The notes below the pieces were generated by a model, which did not search any database, was not told the origin of the DNA, and worked only from the letters and a program-made list of their open reading frames with translations. A stretch of 64,000 nt of DNA from an uncultured Gemmatimonadaceae bacterium (lineage in GTDB: Bacteria > Gemmatimonadota > Gemmatimonadetes > Gemmatimonadales > Gemmatimonadaceae): contig OY970320.1 in the NCBI GenBank assembly GCA_963716745.1, positions 480,001 to 544,000 of the forward strand. The letters run 5' to 3'. Of the stretch, positions 50,103 through 60,511 are shown piece after piece. The translations under genes and the position numbers were made by a program. Each line of letters starts with the position of its first letter. Positions within the stretch are counted from its first letter, which is position 1.

Positions 50103-51675
50103 AGTCCACCGCCCTTTGCTCACGGATCGTGACCACCTTGATCTGCCCGGGATATTGCAGCTCGCCCTCGATGCGGCGCGCGATCTCCTCGGTGAGCGAC
50201 GTCATACGTTGCTCGTTCACCATGTCGGAATTCACGATCACGCGGATCTCGCGGCCCGCCTGGATCGCGAACACCTTCTCCACGCCGGTGTAGCTGGACG
50301 CGATGCGCTCGAGTCCCTCGAGGCGCTTGACGTACGTCTCGAACGCCTCGCGCCTCGCGCCCGGGCGCGATCCCGAGATCGCGTCGGCCGCCTGCACCAG
50401 CACTGACATCTCGCTCTCGTGCGGCACGTCGTCGTGGTGCGCCGCGATCGCGTTCACCACGAGCGGATGTTCGCCGTAGCGCGTGGCGACTTCCACGCCG
50501 AGCTGCACGTGCGTGCCCTCGTGCTCGTGCGTGAGCACCTTGCCCACGTCGTGCAGCAGCGCCGCGCGCTTCGCCATCACGACATCCAGCCCGAGCTCCG
50601 CCGCCATGATGCCGGCGAGGTGCGCGACCTCCTTCGAGTGCTGCAGGATGTTCTGGCCGTAGCTCGTGCGCCACCGCATGCGGCCGATGAGCTTCACGAG
50701 TTCCGGGTGGATCCCGTGCGCGCCGAGTTCGTACGCCGCCTGCTCGCCGAGCTCCTGGATCTGTGCGTCCACTTCCTTGCGCGCCTTGGCGACCACCTCT
50801 TCGATGCGCCCTGGATGGATTCGCCCGTCGGCGACGAGCTTGGACAGCGCGTTGCGCGCGACCTCGCGCCGCACCGGTTCGAACGCCGAGACGACCACCG
50901 TGTCGGGCGTATCATCGATGATGACGTCGACACCCGTGGCCAGTTCGAACGCGCGAATGTTCCGCCCTTCGCGGCCGATGATGCGTCCCTTCATCTCATC
51001 GTTCGGGAGCGCCACGCTCGACACGCTGATCTCCGACGTGTGCTCACTCGCGATCCGCTGCACGGCGAGCGCGACGATCTTCTTCGCCTCGCGCTCGGCG
51101 TTGCGCTTCGCGTTCTCACGGATCTCGCGGATCTGGTTCGCGGCCTCCGCCTGCGCTTCTTCGGCGAGCCGCGCGATCAGCTCCGACTTGGCGGTCGCGG
51201 CGGACATCCCGGCCAGCGACTCGAGGCGGTGCCGTTCCTCGGCGACGAGCTTCTCGAGTTCGAGCGCGCGATCCTCGATGAATTTCTCGCGGCGGCCGAG
51301 GTCCGTCGCGCGACGGCCGATCTCCTTGTCGCGCCCTTCGATCATGTCGAGCTTGCGGTCGAGCGTCGTGTCGCGCTCCTGGATCCGGCGCTCCGCGGCC
51401 TGGATCTCCTCGCGACGCTTGTTCCCCTCGAGCTCCCACGCCTCGCGCAGGCGGATCGTCTCTTCCTTGCCGGCGACTACCGCGGATTTCCGCAGCGTCT
51501 CGGCCTCGCGGCTGGCGTCCTCGAGAATGCGGCGCGAGGTCTCCTCGGCGGTGGCGCGGGCGGCGACTTGCGCTTTTCGCTCAGCGCGGCGGCCAGAGGA
51601 CCTTCCGATGAAAAAAAAGACCGCGGCGGCGACAAGAACTGTCCCGAGCGCGGCCAAAAGCGCGGCATTCTGCAT
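50092..51675 (-). CDS. rny: Ribonuclease Y
   Basis: N-terminal TM, KH domain [15 protein letters not shown] domain LLHDVGK. Confidence 0.97.
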   Translation of the reverse strand: MQNAALLAALGTVLVAAAVFFFIGRSSGRRAERKAQVAARATAEETSRRILEDASREAETLRKSAVVAGKEETIRLREAWELEGNKRREEIQAAERRIQERDTTLDRKLDMIEGRDKEIGRRATDLGRREKFIEDRALELEKLVAEERHRLESLAGMSAATAKSELIARLAEEAQAEAANQIREIRENAKRNAEREAKKIVALAVQRIASEHTSEISVSSVALPNDEMKGRIIGREGRNIRAFELATGVDVIIDDTPDTVVVSAFEPVRREVARNALSKLVADGRIHPGRIEEVVAKARKEVDAQIQELGEQAAYELGAHGIHPELVKLIGRMRWRTSYGQNILQHSKEVAHLAGIMAAELGLDVVMAKRAALLHDVGKVLTHEHEGTHVQLGVEVATRYGEHPLVVNAIAAHHDDVPHESEMSVLVQAADAISGSRPGARREAFETYVKRLEGLERIASSYTGVEKVFAIQAGREIRVIVNSDMVNEQRMTSLTEEIARRIEGELQYPGQIKVVTIREQRAVDFAR

Positions 51676-51836
51676 GCGATACGACTCCAGCGCGGTCGAG
51701 CCGCGCAAAATGGGGTCACACGTCGGCCTGGCGACTCACCGCGATCAACCCCGAACGGCCGGTCGGGCGCCGACGTAGGGCGCGGGATGGGGCGTTCATG
51801 GTGCTGACCGGACCGGAAAGCCATCGGGCCGGGTAC
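51676..51836 (-). ncRNA. ssrS: Probable 6S RNA
   Basis: Between zapA and rny; 51806-51826 pairs with 51677-51697, inner stem 51769-51776/51720-51727, central bubble; own promoter. Confidence 0.65.
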
Positions 51837-51843
51837 CTGCTCT

Positions 51844-51872
51844 AACCTACGAGAGCCGCCCGCCTTTCACAA
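51844..51872 (-). promoter_or_regulatory. Promoter for 6S RNA/rny
   Basis: TTGTGA-17bp-TAGGTT. Confidence 0.6.
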
Positions 51873-51878
51873 TGCCAC

Positions 51879-51958
51879 GGCGGGCTGTTGGCTGTCGGCT
51901 GTCGCCTGCGTTCGCCGTTCGCAGTCCGCCGGCCACAGCCGACAGCCGACAGTCCGCC
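51879..51958. repeat. Inverted repeat built from GGCTGTC/GACAGCC heptamers
   Basis: GGCGGGCTGTTGGCTGTCGGCTGT...ACAGCCGACAGCCGACAGTCCGCC directly after the zapA stop. Confidence 0.75.
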
Positions 51959-51959
51959 G

Positions 51960-52247
51960 TTATCTTTTTCCCGGCGGCAGCATCCTCTTCACCTCGGCGC
52001 TGAGTGCCTTCAGCTCCTCGGCGAACTGCACCCGCATCGCCCGCTCCTTGAGCAGTTCGTCCGTGATCTGGAGAGCGCCGAGGATGGCGGCCTTGCGGGG
52101 ATCGGCGGCGGCGCCGGCGCTCTGCACCGACCGGATCGCGTGATCCACGATCCTCGCGGCGGCGTTGGTGTGCTCCGGCGGATCGTCGCTGCGCAGCGTG
52201 TAGTCCTCGCCGACGATCGTGACCTTCACGGAGTTCTTCTTGGTCAT
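51960..52247 (-). CDS. zapA: Cell division protein ZapA
   Basis: VKVTIVGEDYTL...KAAILGALQITDEL. Confidence 0.88.
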   Translation of the reverse strand: MTKKNSVKVTIVGEDYTLRSDDPPEHTNAAARIVDHAIRSVQSAGAAADPRKAAILGALQITDELLKERAMRVQFAEELKALSAEVKRMLPPGKR

Positions 52248-52531
52248 CGCTCGGCTCCCTGCTGGCGGAGGAAGCGCACGCGGTCGAGCAGTTGTTTGGT
52301 GCGCTTCTTCGCCGCGTCGAGCCGGTGCTTGAGCTCGCGGTTCTCCTTCTCGAGCGCGTCGATGCCGGGGCCGGTGCCGAGATGCTTGAGCGCACCGGGC
52401 GCGACTTCCTTCAGGCGCGCCTCCGCCTCGTGCGCGCGGCGGCGCCACGCGGCCATCTCGTCCCCGAGGGCGCGAATGAGTTGGTCGAGTTCCTGCAGTG
52501 CGGCCTGGTCAGGTCGTTCGCTGTCGGACAC
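52244..52531 (-). CDS. ZapB-like coiled-coil protein
   Basis: Coiled coil between pheT and zapA. Confidence 0.6.
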   Translation of the reverse strand: MSDSERPDQAALQELDQLIRALGDEMAAWRRRAHEAEARLKEVAPGALKHLGTGPGIDALEKENRELKHRLDAAKKRTKQLLDRVRFLRQQGAER

Positions 52532-54931
52532 CGAGCTCTCCGTCGAGGGATTTGATCACCTTGTCGCGCCGGCCGGCGATCTCCTTCTCCTTGAGAGTGC
52601 GTTCCGGATGACGGAACGTCAATCGCCACGCGAGGCTGCGCATCCCGGCTGGTACGCCCGTACCGCGGAACTCGCTGAGCAGCTCGAGCGACTCGAGCAG
52701 CTCGCCGGCGGCGTTGCGCATCACCTGCTCCACCCGCGCGATAGGCATGTCGTTCGCGACGAGGAGCGAGAGATCGAAGCTGGCAGACGGCGTCGTGGCG
52801 AGCGGGCGGTAACGGCGGACTTCGGCAGGGCCGCTCTCGGCGCTAGGCGCCAGGCGCTTGGCGGGCGTGTTGTCCACCTGCATGAGCGTGAGTCCCACGC
52901 CGAACGCCGGCGCAGCCCACACGGGCGCGTCGAGGGTGAGGCGCAGGATCACACCTCGCCTCTCGCCGTTCACGATGATCTGCCAGAGTTCCGGCGCGGA
53001 TGATCCGCGGAATTCCACGGCGGCGCCAGGGAACGCCGCGCTCACCATGACTTCCGCGAGCGCGCGCGCATCCCATTCATCGAGGTCGGGCGGCTTGGGT
53101 TCAGTGAAGTGCGGCGGACGGCGGTGCCCCATGATCAGCGCGGCGGCGCGCATCTCCTCGCGCGGCAGCGGCCCTTCGCCCGGCGCGAACGCGGCGCCGA
53201 TCTCGAACAGGCGCACATCGCGATGCATCTGCGCGAGATTGTGCTCGCCCGCACGCACGAGCGACTCGATCACGTAGCGCCGCAGATACGGCTCGTCGGC
53301 GGCCAACGGATTCGTCACCCGCACATAGCCCTCGGCGGCGCCTTTCACGAACGGCAGCGGCCGCGCTTCGAGCAGGCCCGCCGCCACGAGCGCGTCGCGC
53401 ACGCGGCGACTGATGATCTCCACCGGCGAATCCGGCACCGCGCTCGGGCGGAACGCGCGGAGGTCGCCTGGCAGCGCGTCGTAGCCGTGCAGGCGCGCGA
53501 CCTCTTCGAGCAAGTCGACCGCCGCAGTGACATCGGGCCGCCAACCCGGAACGATCACCGCGAGTTGCTTCGCGCCGCGCGTCCGCGACCTCGAAGCCGA
53601 CGCTGCGCAGCAGCTGCGCGATGCGCGGCGTGGGGAGCGACTCGCCGAGCATCGCGCCGATGCGCTCCGGATCCAGCTCGATGCGCACGCGCGGCCGGGC
53701 CCGCGGATGCAGGTCCACCGGGGCGCCCTCCACGGATCCACCCGCGAGCGCGAGCAGCATGCGCACGGCACGCACGAGCGCGCGCGGAGGCAGTTCGGGA
53801 TCCACGCCGCGCTCGAAGCGATAGCTCGCGTCGGTGGTGAGACCGAGCGCACGCCGTGTGCGCCGAACGGCGGTCGCGTCGAAGTTCGCGACCTCGAGGA
53901 AGATGTCCGTCGTCGAGTCGGTCACCTCACTGTCGCGCCCGCCCATGACGCCGCCCACCGCCTGCGCGCGCTCGGCGTCCGCGATCACCGTCATGCTCTC
54001 ATCCAGCGTGCGCGCGACGCCGTCGAGCGTCGTGAGCTTCTCACCGGCTCGCCCGCGACGGATGATCACGCTCGCGCCCGCGAGCTTCGAGACGTCGAAC
54101 GCGTGCATCGGCTGCCCGAGCTCGTGCAGCAGGTAATTCGTGACATCCACCACGTTGTTGATCGAGCGGCTCCCCACGGCCGTGAGGCGCTCAACAAGCC
54201 ACGAGGGACTCGGCCCCACTTTCACGCCGCGGATGACGACGCCCATGTAGCGCGGCGCGCCCGCGGGATCCTCGAGCACGACGCGCACGCCGCCCGCCGC
54301 CGCCTCGCCCGCGTGATGCACGGCAGGCTCCACCTCGACCGCCTCGACGCCGGCGAGCTCGGGCAGCCGCACTTCGCCATCGGTCGCCGCGGCGAGCTCG
54401 CGCGCGATGCCGAAGTGCGAGAGGAGATCGGGACGGTTCGGCGTGACGTCGATCACGATACGCGTGTCGCCCACCGGCATCGCCCTCAAGAATGGCGTGC
54501 CAGGCGCCGCGTCGGTCTCGAGCTCGAGGATGCCGACGTGCTCATCGGAGAGTCCGAGCTCGCGCGCCGAGCAGAGCATGCCGTTCGAGATCGCGCCGCG
54601 GATCTTCCGCTTCTCGAGCTTGAGCCCGCCCGGCAGCGTGCTGCCCGCGGGCGCGAACGGATATTTCTTGCCCGCGGTCACGTTCGGCGCGCCGCATACC
54701 ACGTCGAGCAGCTCGCCCGTGCCGGCGTCCACTTTCGTGACCGAGAGGTGATCGGAGTCCGGATGCTTCGCCGCCTCCACGACGAGGCCGATCACCACCT
54801 CGCGCAGATCGTCGCGCAGGCGCACGAGCTCGTCCACCGGGCAGCAGCGCGCGGTGATGAGATCGCGCATCTGCTCGGCGGTGAGCGGCGCAGTCGATGA
54901 ACGACTGCAGCCACGCGTGCGATGCGTTCAT
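52509..54931 (-). CDS. pheT: Phenylalanine-tRNA ligase beta subunit (frameshifts near 54890 and 53580)
   Basis: [28 protein letters not shown] and FDX-ACB C-terminus. Confidence 0.93.
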
Positions 54932-55957
54932 GGCGCGAACTGCTCGAGCACGGCGATGTCCGAATCGTACAGCAAGCGGATGTCGGGAATGCCGTAGCGC
55001 GCGAGCGCGATGCGCGCCGGCCCCATGCCGAACGCCCATCCGCTGTAGCGCGACGGAGTCGATGCCGGCGTTGTCGAGCACCGCGGGATGCATGAGGCCG
55101 GAGCCGAGGATCTCGATCCAGCCGGTGCCCTTGCACGCGGCGCAGCCCGCGCCGTGGCACACGCCGCACGTCACGTCCATCTCCGCCGACGGCTCGGTGA
55201 ACGGGAAATAGCTCGGCCGGAAGCGCGTCTTCGTCTCGCCGAAGAAGCGATTCGCGAAATGCGTGAGCGTGGCTTTCAGATCGACGAAGGAGATCCCTTC
55301 ATCGACCGCCATCCCTTCGAGCTGCGCGAACATCGGCGCGTGCGACGCGTCGAAGAAATCGCGGCGGTACACGTTGCCCGGCGCGAGGATGCGAATGGGC
55401 GGCGAGTACGATTGGAGCGTGCGCACTTGCACCGGCGAGGTATGCGTGCGCAGCAGCGCGCCGCTCTCGAGGTACAGCGTGTCGTGCATGTCCATCGCCG
55501 GATGATCGGCGGGGAAATTCAGCGCGCCGAAGTTGTACCACTCCGTTTCCGCTTCGGGGCCGGTGGCGATCGTGAATCCGATCTCGCGGAAGATCGCCTG
55601 GATCTCCTCGAGCACGACCGTCACGGGGTGCTTCGCGCCGCGCCACACGCGCCGCGGCGGCATGGTCGCGTCGAGCGCGGGCCCCGCGGGCGCCGCCGCA
55701 GCGAACGCCGCCGCGCGCGCATCGAGCGCCGTCTCGAGCGCCTGCTTCACACGATTCGCCGCCGCGCCCGCCTCGCGCCGCTCGGCCGCCGGCAGCGTGC
55801 CGAGCGTACCCATGAGATCCGTGAGCCGCCCGCTCTTGCGACCGACGAGCGCAGTGCGCGCCGCCGTGAGCGCATCGGCCGAGTCGGCCGCCGCGATCAT
55901 CGCGAGTCCGTCCCCCTCGAGGACGCGTGCCGACTCCTGGAATTCTCCGAGTGTCAT
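54928..55957 (-). CDS. pheS: Phenylalanine-tRNA ligase alpha subunit (frameshift near 55050)
   Basis: [31 protein letters not shown]. Confidence 0.95.
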
Positions 55958-56059
55958 GTGACTCCAAGATGCGTCACGGCGGCAGTCGCGACAATGTCGC
56001 GCCTGCCGCCGCACCGAAGTCCGCCTTCTAACGTCTAGGTCTAGCGTCTAGGTCTGCAG

Positions 56060-56422
56060 TTACGCCGCCGTGACCGCCGCGCGCGCCTTGTCCGCGAGCA
56101 CCCCAAAAGCTACGGGATCATGCACCGCGAGATCCGCCAGGATCTTCCGGTCTACTTCCACGCCCGCCTTCTTGAGCCCGTGCATGAACACGTTGTAGCT
56201 CATGTCGTGCTGCCGCGCGCCGGCGTTGATGCGGATGATCCAGAGCTTCCGGAAATCGCGCTTCTTATTCTTGCGGTCGCGGTAGGCGTACTTCCAACCG
56301 CGCTCGACGTTCTCCTTCGCGGCCTTCCATAGCTTCGAGCGCGCGCCGAATCCGCCGCGCGCGGCCTTCATGATCCCCTTCTTCCGCTTCAGGCGGACGA
56401 CATTCGATTTGACGCGAGGCAT
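56060..56422 (-). CDS. rplT: 50S ribosomal protein L20
   Basis: MPRVK...YRDRKNKKRDFRKLWIIRINA. Confidence 0.98.
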   Translation of the reverse strand: MPRVKSNVVRLKRKKGIMKAARGGFGARSKLWKAAKENVERGWKYAYRDRKNKKRDFRKLWIIRINAGARQHDMSYNVFMHGLKKAGVEVDRKILADLAVHDPVAFGVLADKARAAVTAA

Positions 56423-56432
56423 GGGAGTCTCC

Positions 56433-56627
56433 TTACGCCTGAATGAGGCGCTTGATGCGCTTCTGGTCGCCCGGCGTCGCGATCGTGCCGGGACGGCGAG
56501 CGTGCCGCTTCTTCTTCGACGTCTTCTTGGTCAGGATATGGCTTCGGCCGGCCTTGCCGCGTTTGATCTTGCCGGAACCGGTCAGCTTGAAGCGCTTCTT
56601 CGCGCCTTTGTGCGTCTTCATCTTCAT
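56433..56627 (-). CDS. rpmI: 50S ribosomal protein L35
   Basis: [13 protein letters not shown]. Confidence 0.97.
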   Translation of the reverse strand: MKMKTHKGAKKRFKLTGSGKIKRGKAGRSHILTKKTSKKKRHARRPGTIATPGDQKRIKRLIQA

Positions 56628-56640
56628 CGGTCGGTCAGCC

Positions 56641-57156
56641 TCACTTGGGCGCCAGGATCAGCGTCATGTTCTTGCCTTCGAGTTTCGCATCCGTTTCGAT
56701 CTTCGAGATGTCCGCCAGGTCCTTCACCACCCGGTCGAGCACGACCTTGCCGAGCTCGGGGTGAGCGAGCTGCCGCCCGCGGAACATCATCGTGACTTTC
56801 ACTTTATTGCCTTCGCCCAGGAAGCGGCGCGCGTGCCGGGTCTTCGTATCGAAATCATGATCATCGATGCCCGGCCGGTACTTCACTTCCTTCAGGTGAA
56901 TGACGTGCTGTTTCTTCTTCGCGATCCGCGCCTGCTTGGCCGCTTCGAACTTGAACTTGCCGTAGTCCATGATGCGGACCACGGGCGGCCGCGCGGTCGC
57001 GGCGACTTCCACCAGATCGAGCCCGGCCGCTTCCGCTTGCGCGAGTGCGGCCTCGAGCTCGAGGATCCCCAATTGGCTCCCATCGGCGCCGATCACACGC
57101 AACGGACTGATGCGGATCTGACGATTCACTCGTACGCGCTTCGTGCTGTCCTGAAT
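56641..57156 (-). CDS. infC: Translation initiation factor IF-3 (ATT start)
   Basis: AGGAG RBS 9 nt before ATT at 57156; [20 protein letters not shown]. Confidence 0.95.
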   Translation of the reverse strand: MQDSTKRVRVNRQIRISPLRVIGADGSQLGILELEAALAQAEAAGLDLVEVAATARPPVVRIMDYGKFKFEAAKQARIAKKKQHVIHLKEVKYRPGIDDHDFDTKTRHARRFLGEGNKVKVTMMFRGRQLAHPELGKVVLDRVVKDLADISKIETDAKLEGKNMTLILAPK

Positions 57157-57181
57157 GGGCGCTGCTCCTAATTGAGAAGAC

Positions 57182-57332
57182 AAAAAAATCGCGGACACCA
57201 CTCTCCGGAGTCCGCGATGGACGGCACGCCGCCCCGAAAACGCGGGCGCTGGCCGACCGACGACTCCTGCAGCACACCTCGCCAGAGCGAGGGCCGGAGG
57301 GTGAGAGCGGTGGTCGCCGCTCTACTTACTCT
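57182..57332 (-). promoter_or_regulatory. L20-type leader with terminator/antiterminator upstream of infC
   Basis: AAGUAGAGCGG..CCGCUCUCACC 5' hairpin; AUCGCGGAC...GUCCGCGAU terminator followed by a U-tract; promoter TTGACT-16-TAAATT at 57373-57346. Confidence 0.7.
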
Positions 57333-57369
57333 ATTGTGACTGCGGAATTTAGCGCGCTCCGTCTCGAAG

Positions 57370-58719
57370 TCAACGGCCGCTGACTTTCACGGCACCCTTC
57401 TTCATGCCGCCACTCGCCAAGTAATCCACGGTGAGGCTCGCCAGCGCGCGCACGCCCACGGGCAGCGCCGCTTCGTCGGCGAAGAAGTAGGGCGAATGAT
57501 TGGGCGGCGCCGTGGTCGGGTCGGTGCCCGGCGGCACGACGCCCAGGAAGAAGAACATGCCCGGGATCTTCTCCGCGTACGCCGAGAAGTCCTCACTCGG
57601 CGTGAGCGGCGTCATGTCGGCGTCCACCTTGGAGCCGGCCACGCGGCGCAACGATGGCAGCATCTTCGCCACCAGCGCCGGATCGTTGATCGTCGGCGAG
57701 TAGCCGCCCTCGACTTCGGTGGTCGCCGTCGCGCCCGCGCTCGCCGCGATCCCTTCCGCGGTGCGCTTCACAAGCTCCGCGATCTGCTTCTCCATGCCCG
57801 GCACGAAGGTGCGCACGGTGCCGATCATCACCACACTGTCGGGGATGATGTTCCCGCGATTGCCGCCATTGATGGCGCCCACGGTGATCACCGCCGCGCC
57901 CTTTCTGAGGTCGAGCTCCCGGCTCGTGATCGTCTGCAGTCCGAGCACGATCTGGGACGCCACCACGATGGGATCCACGCCGCGCCATGGTTGCGCACCG
58001 TGCGTCTGCTTCCCGTGTACCACGATCTTGAGTCCTGCGGCGCTCGCCATGAGCGAGCCGGGGCGCAGATCGATGTCGCCGGTGGTGTTGGTCCACACAT
58101 GCAGGCCGAAGATCGCCTCGGGCGACGGATTCTCGAGCGCGCCGTCCTTGATCATCGCCGATGCGCCGCCGGTCTCGCCGGCGGGCGGCCCCTCCTCTGC
58201 CGGCTGGAAGATGAATACGACGGTGCCCGGCAGATCGGCCTTCATTCCGCTGAGCACGGTCGCGACGCCCAGCAGGATCGCGACGTGATTGTCATGCCCG
58301 CACGCGTGCATCACGCCCACTTCCTGTCCGTTGTACTGGGCCTTCACGGTGGACTTGAACGGCAGGTCCACCTGCTCCGTCACCGGCAGCGCGTCCATGT
58401 CCGCGCGCAGCGCGACCACGGGGCCCGGCTTCCCGCCCACGAGCACGCCCACGACACCGGTGTGGCCGACCCCAGTGCGCACCGAGAGCCCGAGCTTCGT
58501 GAGCTGCGCGGCGACGAGTGCACTCGTGCGGAATTCGCGGTTCCCCAGCTCCGGGTGCTGATGGATGTCGCGCCGCCACGCGATCACTTGCGGCATCACG
58601 GTGACGGTCGCCTTGTCCACCATCGCGCGCAGCTGCGCGGTGTCGGAGTGCTGCGCGCTCAGCGGCGCGGCGACGACGAGCGTGGCGAGTGCGAGCATAG
58701 TGCGGACGCGGACCATCAT
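57370..58719 (-). CDS. M20D amidohydrolase (exported)
   Basis: HPELG, LRADMDALP, MHACGHD, FQPAEEG, SEDFS. Confidence 0.92.
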   Translation of the reverse strand: MMVRVRTMLALATLVVAAPLSAQHSDTAQLRAMVDKATVTVMPQVIAWRRDIHQHPELGNREFRTSALVAAQLTKLGLSVRTGVGHTGVVGVLVGGKPGPVVALRADMDALPVTEQVDLPFKSTVKAQYNGQEVGVMHACGHDNHVAILLGVATVLSGMKADLPGTVVFIFQPAEEGPPAGETGGASAMIKDGALENPSPEAIFGLHVWTNTTGDIDLRPGSLMASAAGLKIVVHGKQTHGAQPWRGVDPIVVASQIVLGLQTITSRELDLRKGAAVITVGAINGGNRGNIIPDSVVMIGTVRTFVPGMEKQIAELVKRTAEGIAASAGATATTEVEGGYSPTINDPALVAKMLPSLRRVAGSKVDADMTPLTPSEDFSAYAEKIPGMFFFLGVVPPGTDPTTAPPNHSPYFFADEAALPVGVRALASLTVDYLASGGMKKGAVKVSGR

Positions 58720-59600
58720 GGAGCCTCCGGAGCGAGCGAGTATGCCTTGCCATCATGCACGAGCCGGCCGTTCGACACGGTGGCATCGTGCTCGAAGATC
58801 AGCCGCCATCCTTCCTCGAACGCGCGCCGCAGGATGACGCGCTTGGTCTCGAGCGTGACGAGCGGCTCCACATCGTATCCCATGATCCACGGAAGCGGGA
58901 GGTGCGAGGCCGTGGGCACGAGGTCCGCCAGGAAGAACGCATGCTCGCCGCGCGAGGAAAGCAGGATCCCCTGATGATGCGGCGTGTGACCGGGCGTGGG
59001 GATCACGCGCACTCCCGGCACGATCTCCTTCTCGCCTTCCACGAGATCGGCGCGCCCCGCTTCGACGACCGGCGCGAAGTTGTGCGGGAAATAACTCGCC
59101 GCCGTGCGCTCGTTCGTGTCCGCCGCGTACATGTACTCGCCGCGCTGCATCACGTAGCGCGCGTTCGGGAAGGTGAGCTTCACGTTCCCCGCCGCGTCGC
59201 GATACGTGTTCCCGCCCGCGTGATCGAAATGCAGATGACTGTCGATCACCAGCACGACGTCCTCGGCCGTGTGGCCCGTCTGCGCGAGCGCCGACTCGAG
59301 CATCGTGCGGCCGCCTTCGCCGGCGTTCTCGATGCCATAGATGTCGATGAACTTCTCGGATTCCTTGTTCCCCGCCCCGGTGTCCACGACGATCAGTCCC
59401 GCGTCGTGCTCGATGAGCATGCAGCGCATGCCGAGCTGGATGCGGTTGCGCGCGTCCGCGGGGATGCGCCGCTCCCAGAGCGGCTTGGGCACGACGCCGA
59501 ACATCGCGCCGCCGTCGAGCCGCTGGCCGCCAGCCTGCAGCAGGTGCACGGTGTACGCTCCCACCGTGATGCGCTCGACCAACGGTGTGGGCGCCGTCAT
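58716..59600 (-). CDS. MBL-fold metallo-hydrolase
   Basis: LDGGAMFGVVPK, SHLHFDHAGG, GHTPHHQ. Confidence 0.9.
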   Translation of the reverse strand: MTAPTPLVERITVGAYTVHLLQAGGQRLDGGAMFGVVPKPLWERRIPADARNRIQLGMRCMLIEHDAGLIVVDTGAGNKESEKFIDIYGIENAGEGGRTMLESALAQTGHTAEDVVLVIDSHLHFDHAGGNTYRDAAGNVKLTFPNARYVMQRGEYMYAADTNERTAASYFPHNFAPVVEAGRADLVEGEKEIVPGVRVIPTPGHTPHHQGILLSSRGEHAFFLADLVPTASHLPLPWIMGYDVEPLVTLETKRVILRRAFEEGWRLIFEHDATVSNGRLVHDGKAYSLAPEAP

Positions 59601-60511
59601 GCGGAGCCATCCTCGCGCACCGGGCCAGGCATCCCCGAGAGGCGCGACCGGTTGCCGCGCGCGCGCGCGCCCAGGAATTGCTGCAGATCGCTCCACGTAT
59701 TGCACTCGCGCTCGCGAACCACGCTGAGCATCCGCAACAGGATCTGCGCGGTGGCGTGTGCGTCGCCCATCGCGCGGTGGCGCGCCTCGTTCGCGACGCC
59801 GTAGTGATGCGAGACCGCGTCGAGCCGGCGGCTGGGCAGATAGGGGAGCACGCGTCGCGCGAGCTTCACCGTGCAGAGCTTGGGCCCGCTGAGACGGCGT
59901 CCAGTGGCGCGTTCCACTTCCGCGCGCACGAAGCGCCAGTCGAAATCGGCGTTGTGCGCGACGAAGACGTGGCCCTTCATCACGCGCAGGAGATCATCCA
60001 CGATGTCGGCGAAGCGCGGCGCATCCTTCACCATGTCCCACGAGATGTGCGTGAGCGAGGTGATGAAGGACGGGATCGGCCGTTCTGGATTCACGAGCGT
60101 GTCGAACGTTTCGGCGAGCTGGCCATCGCGCACGACGACGACGGCGATCTCGGTGATACGATCGCCTCCAGTTGCTTGCATGCCAGTGGTCTCCACGTCG
60201 ACCACTGCGTACGTGAGACTTGCCAGCTCCTTCTTCGCGGCGGACCGCGGCGGTCGGCTGTGGGCTGTCGCCGGCGGAACAGCAACGGCAACGACATCGG
60301 CGCACAGTTGCCAACGGCCCTCGGCGTCGCGCGCGAACTCCGGGCGGTCGGCGAACAGGGCCAGCGCCATCTGCTCGGCAACCACTCTCGGCGCGCCGGG
60401 CATCTGGCACACGTATTCAATGAGTGGCACCGCGTGCGCGGGCCCGCGCGCGAGCAGCTCGAGGGCGCGCTCGGTGAGCAGCGTCTCGGCGGGGCGCGCG
60501 GTCACGCCCAT
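59597..60511 (-). CDS. DEDDh 3'-5' exonuclease (DNA Pol III epsilon family)
   Basis: VDVETTG, VAHNADFD, HRAMGDA. Confidence 0.9.
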   Translation of the reverse strand: MGVTARPAETLLTERALELLARGPAHAVPLIEYVCQMPGAPRVVAEQMALALFADRPEFARDAEGRWQLCADVVAVAVPPATAHSRPPRSAAKKELASLTYAVVDVETTGMQATGGDRITEIAVVVVRDGQLAETFDTLVNPERPIPSFITSLTHISWDMVKDAPRFADIVDDLLRVMKGHVFVAHNADFDWRFVRAEVERATGRRLSGPKLCTVKLARRVLPYLPSRRLDAVSHHYGVANEARHRAMGDAHATAQILLRMLSVVRERECNTWSDLQQFLGARARGNRSRLSGMPGPVREDGSA

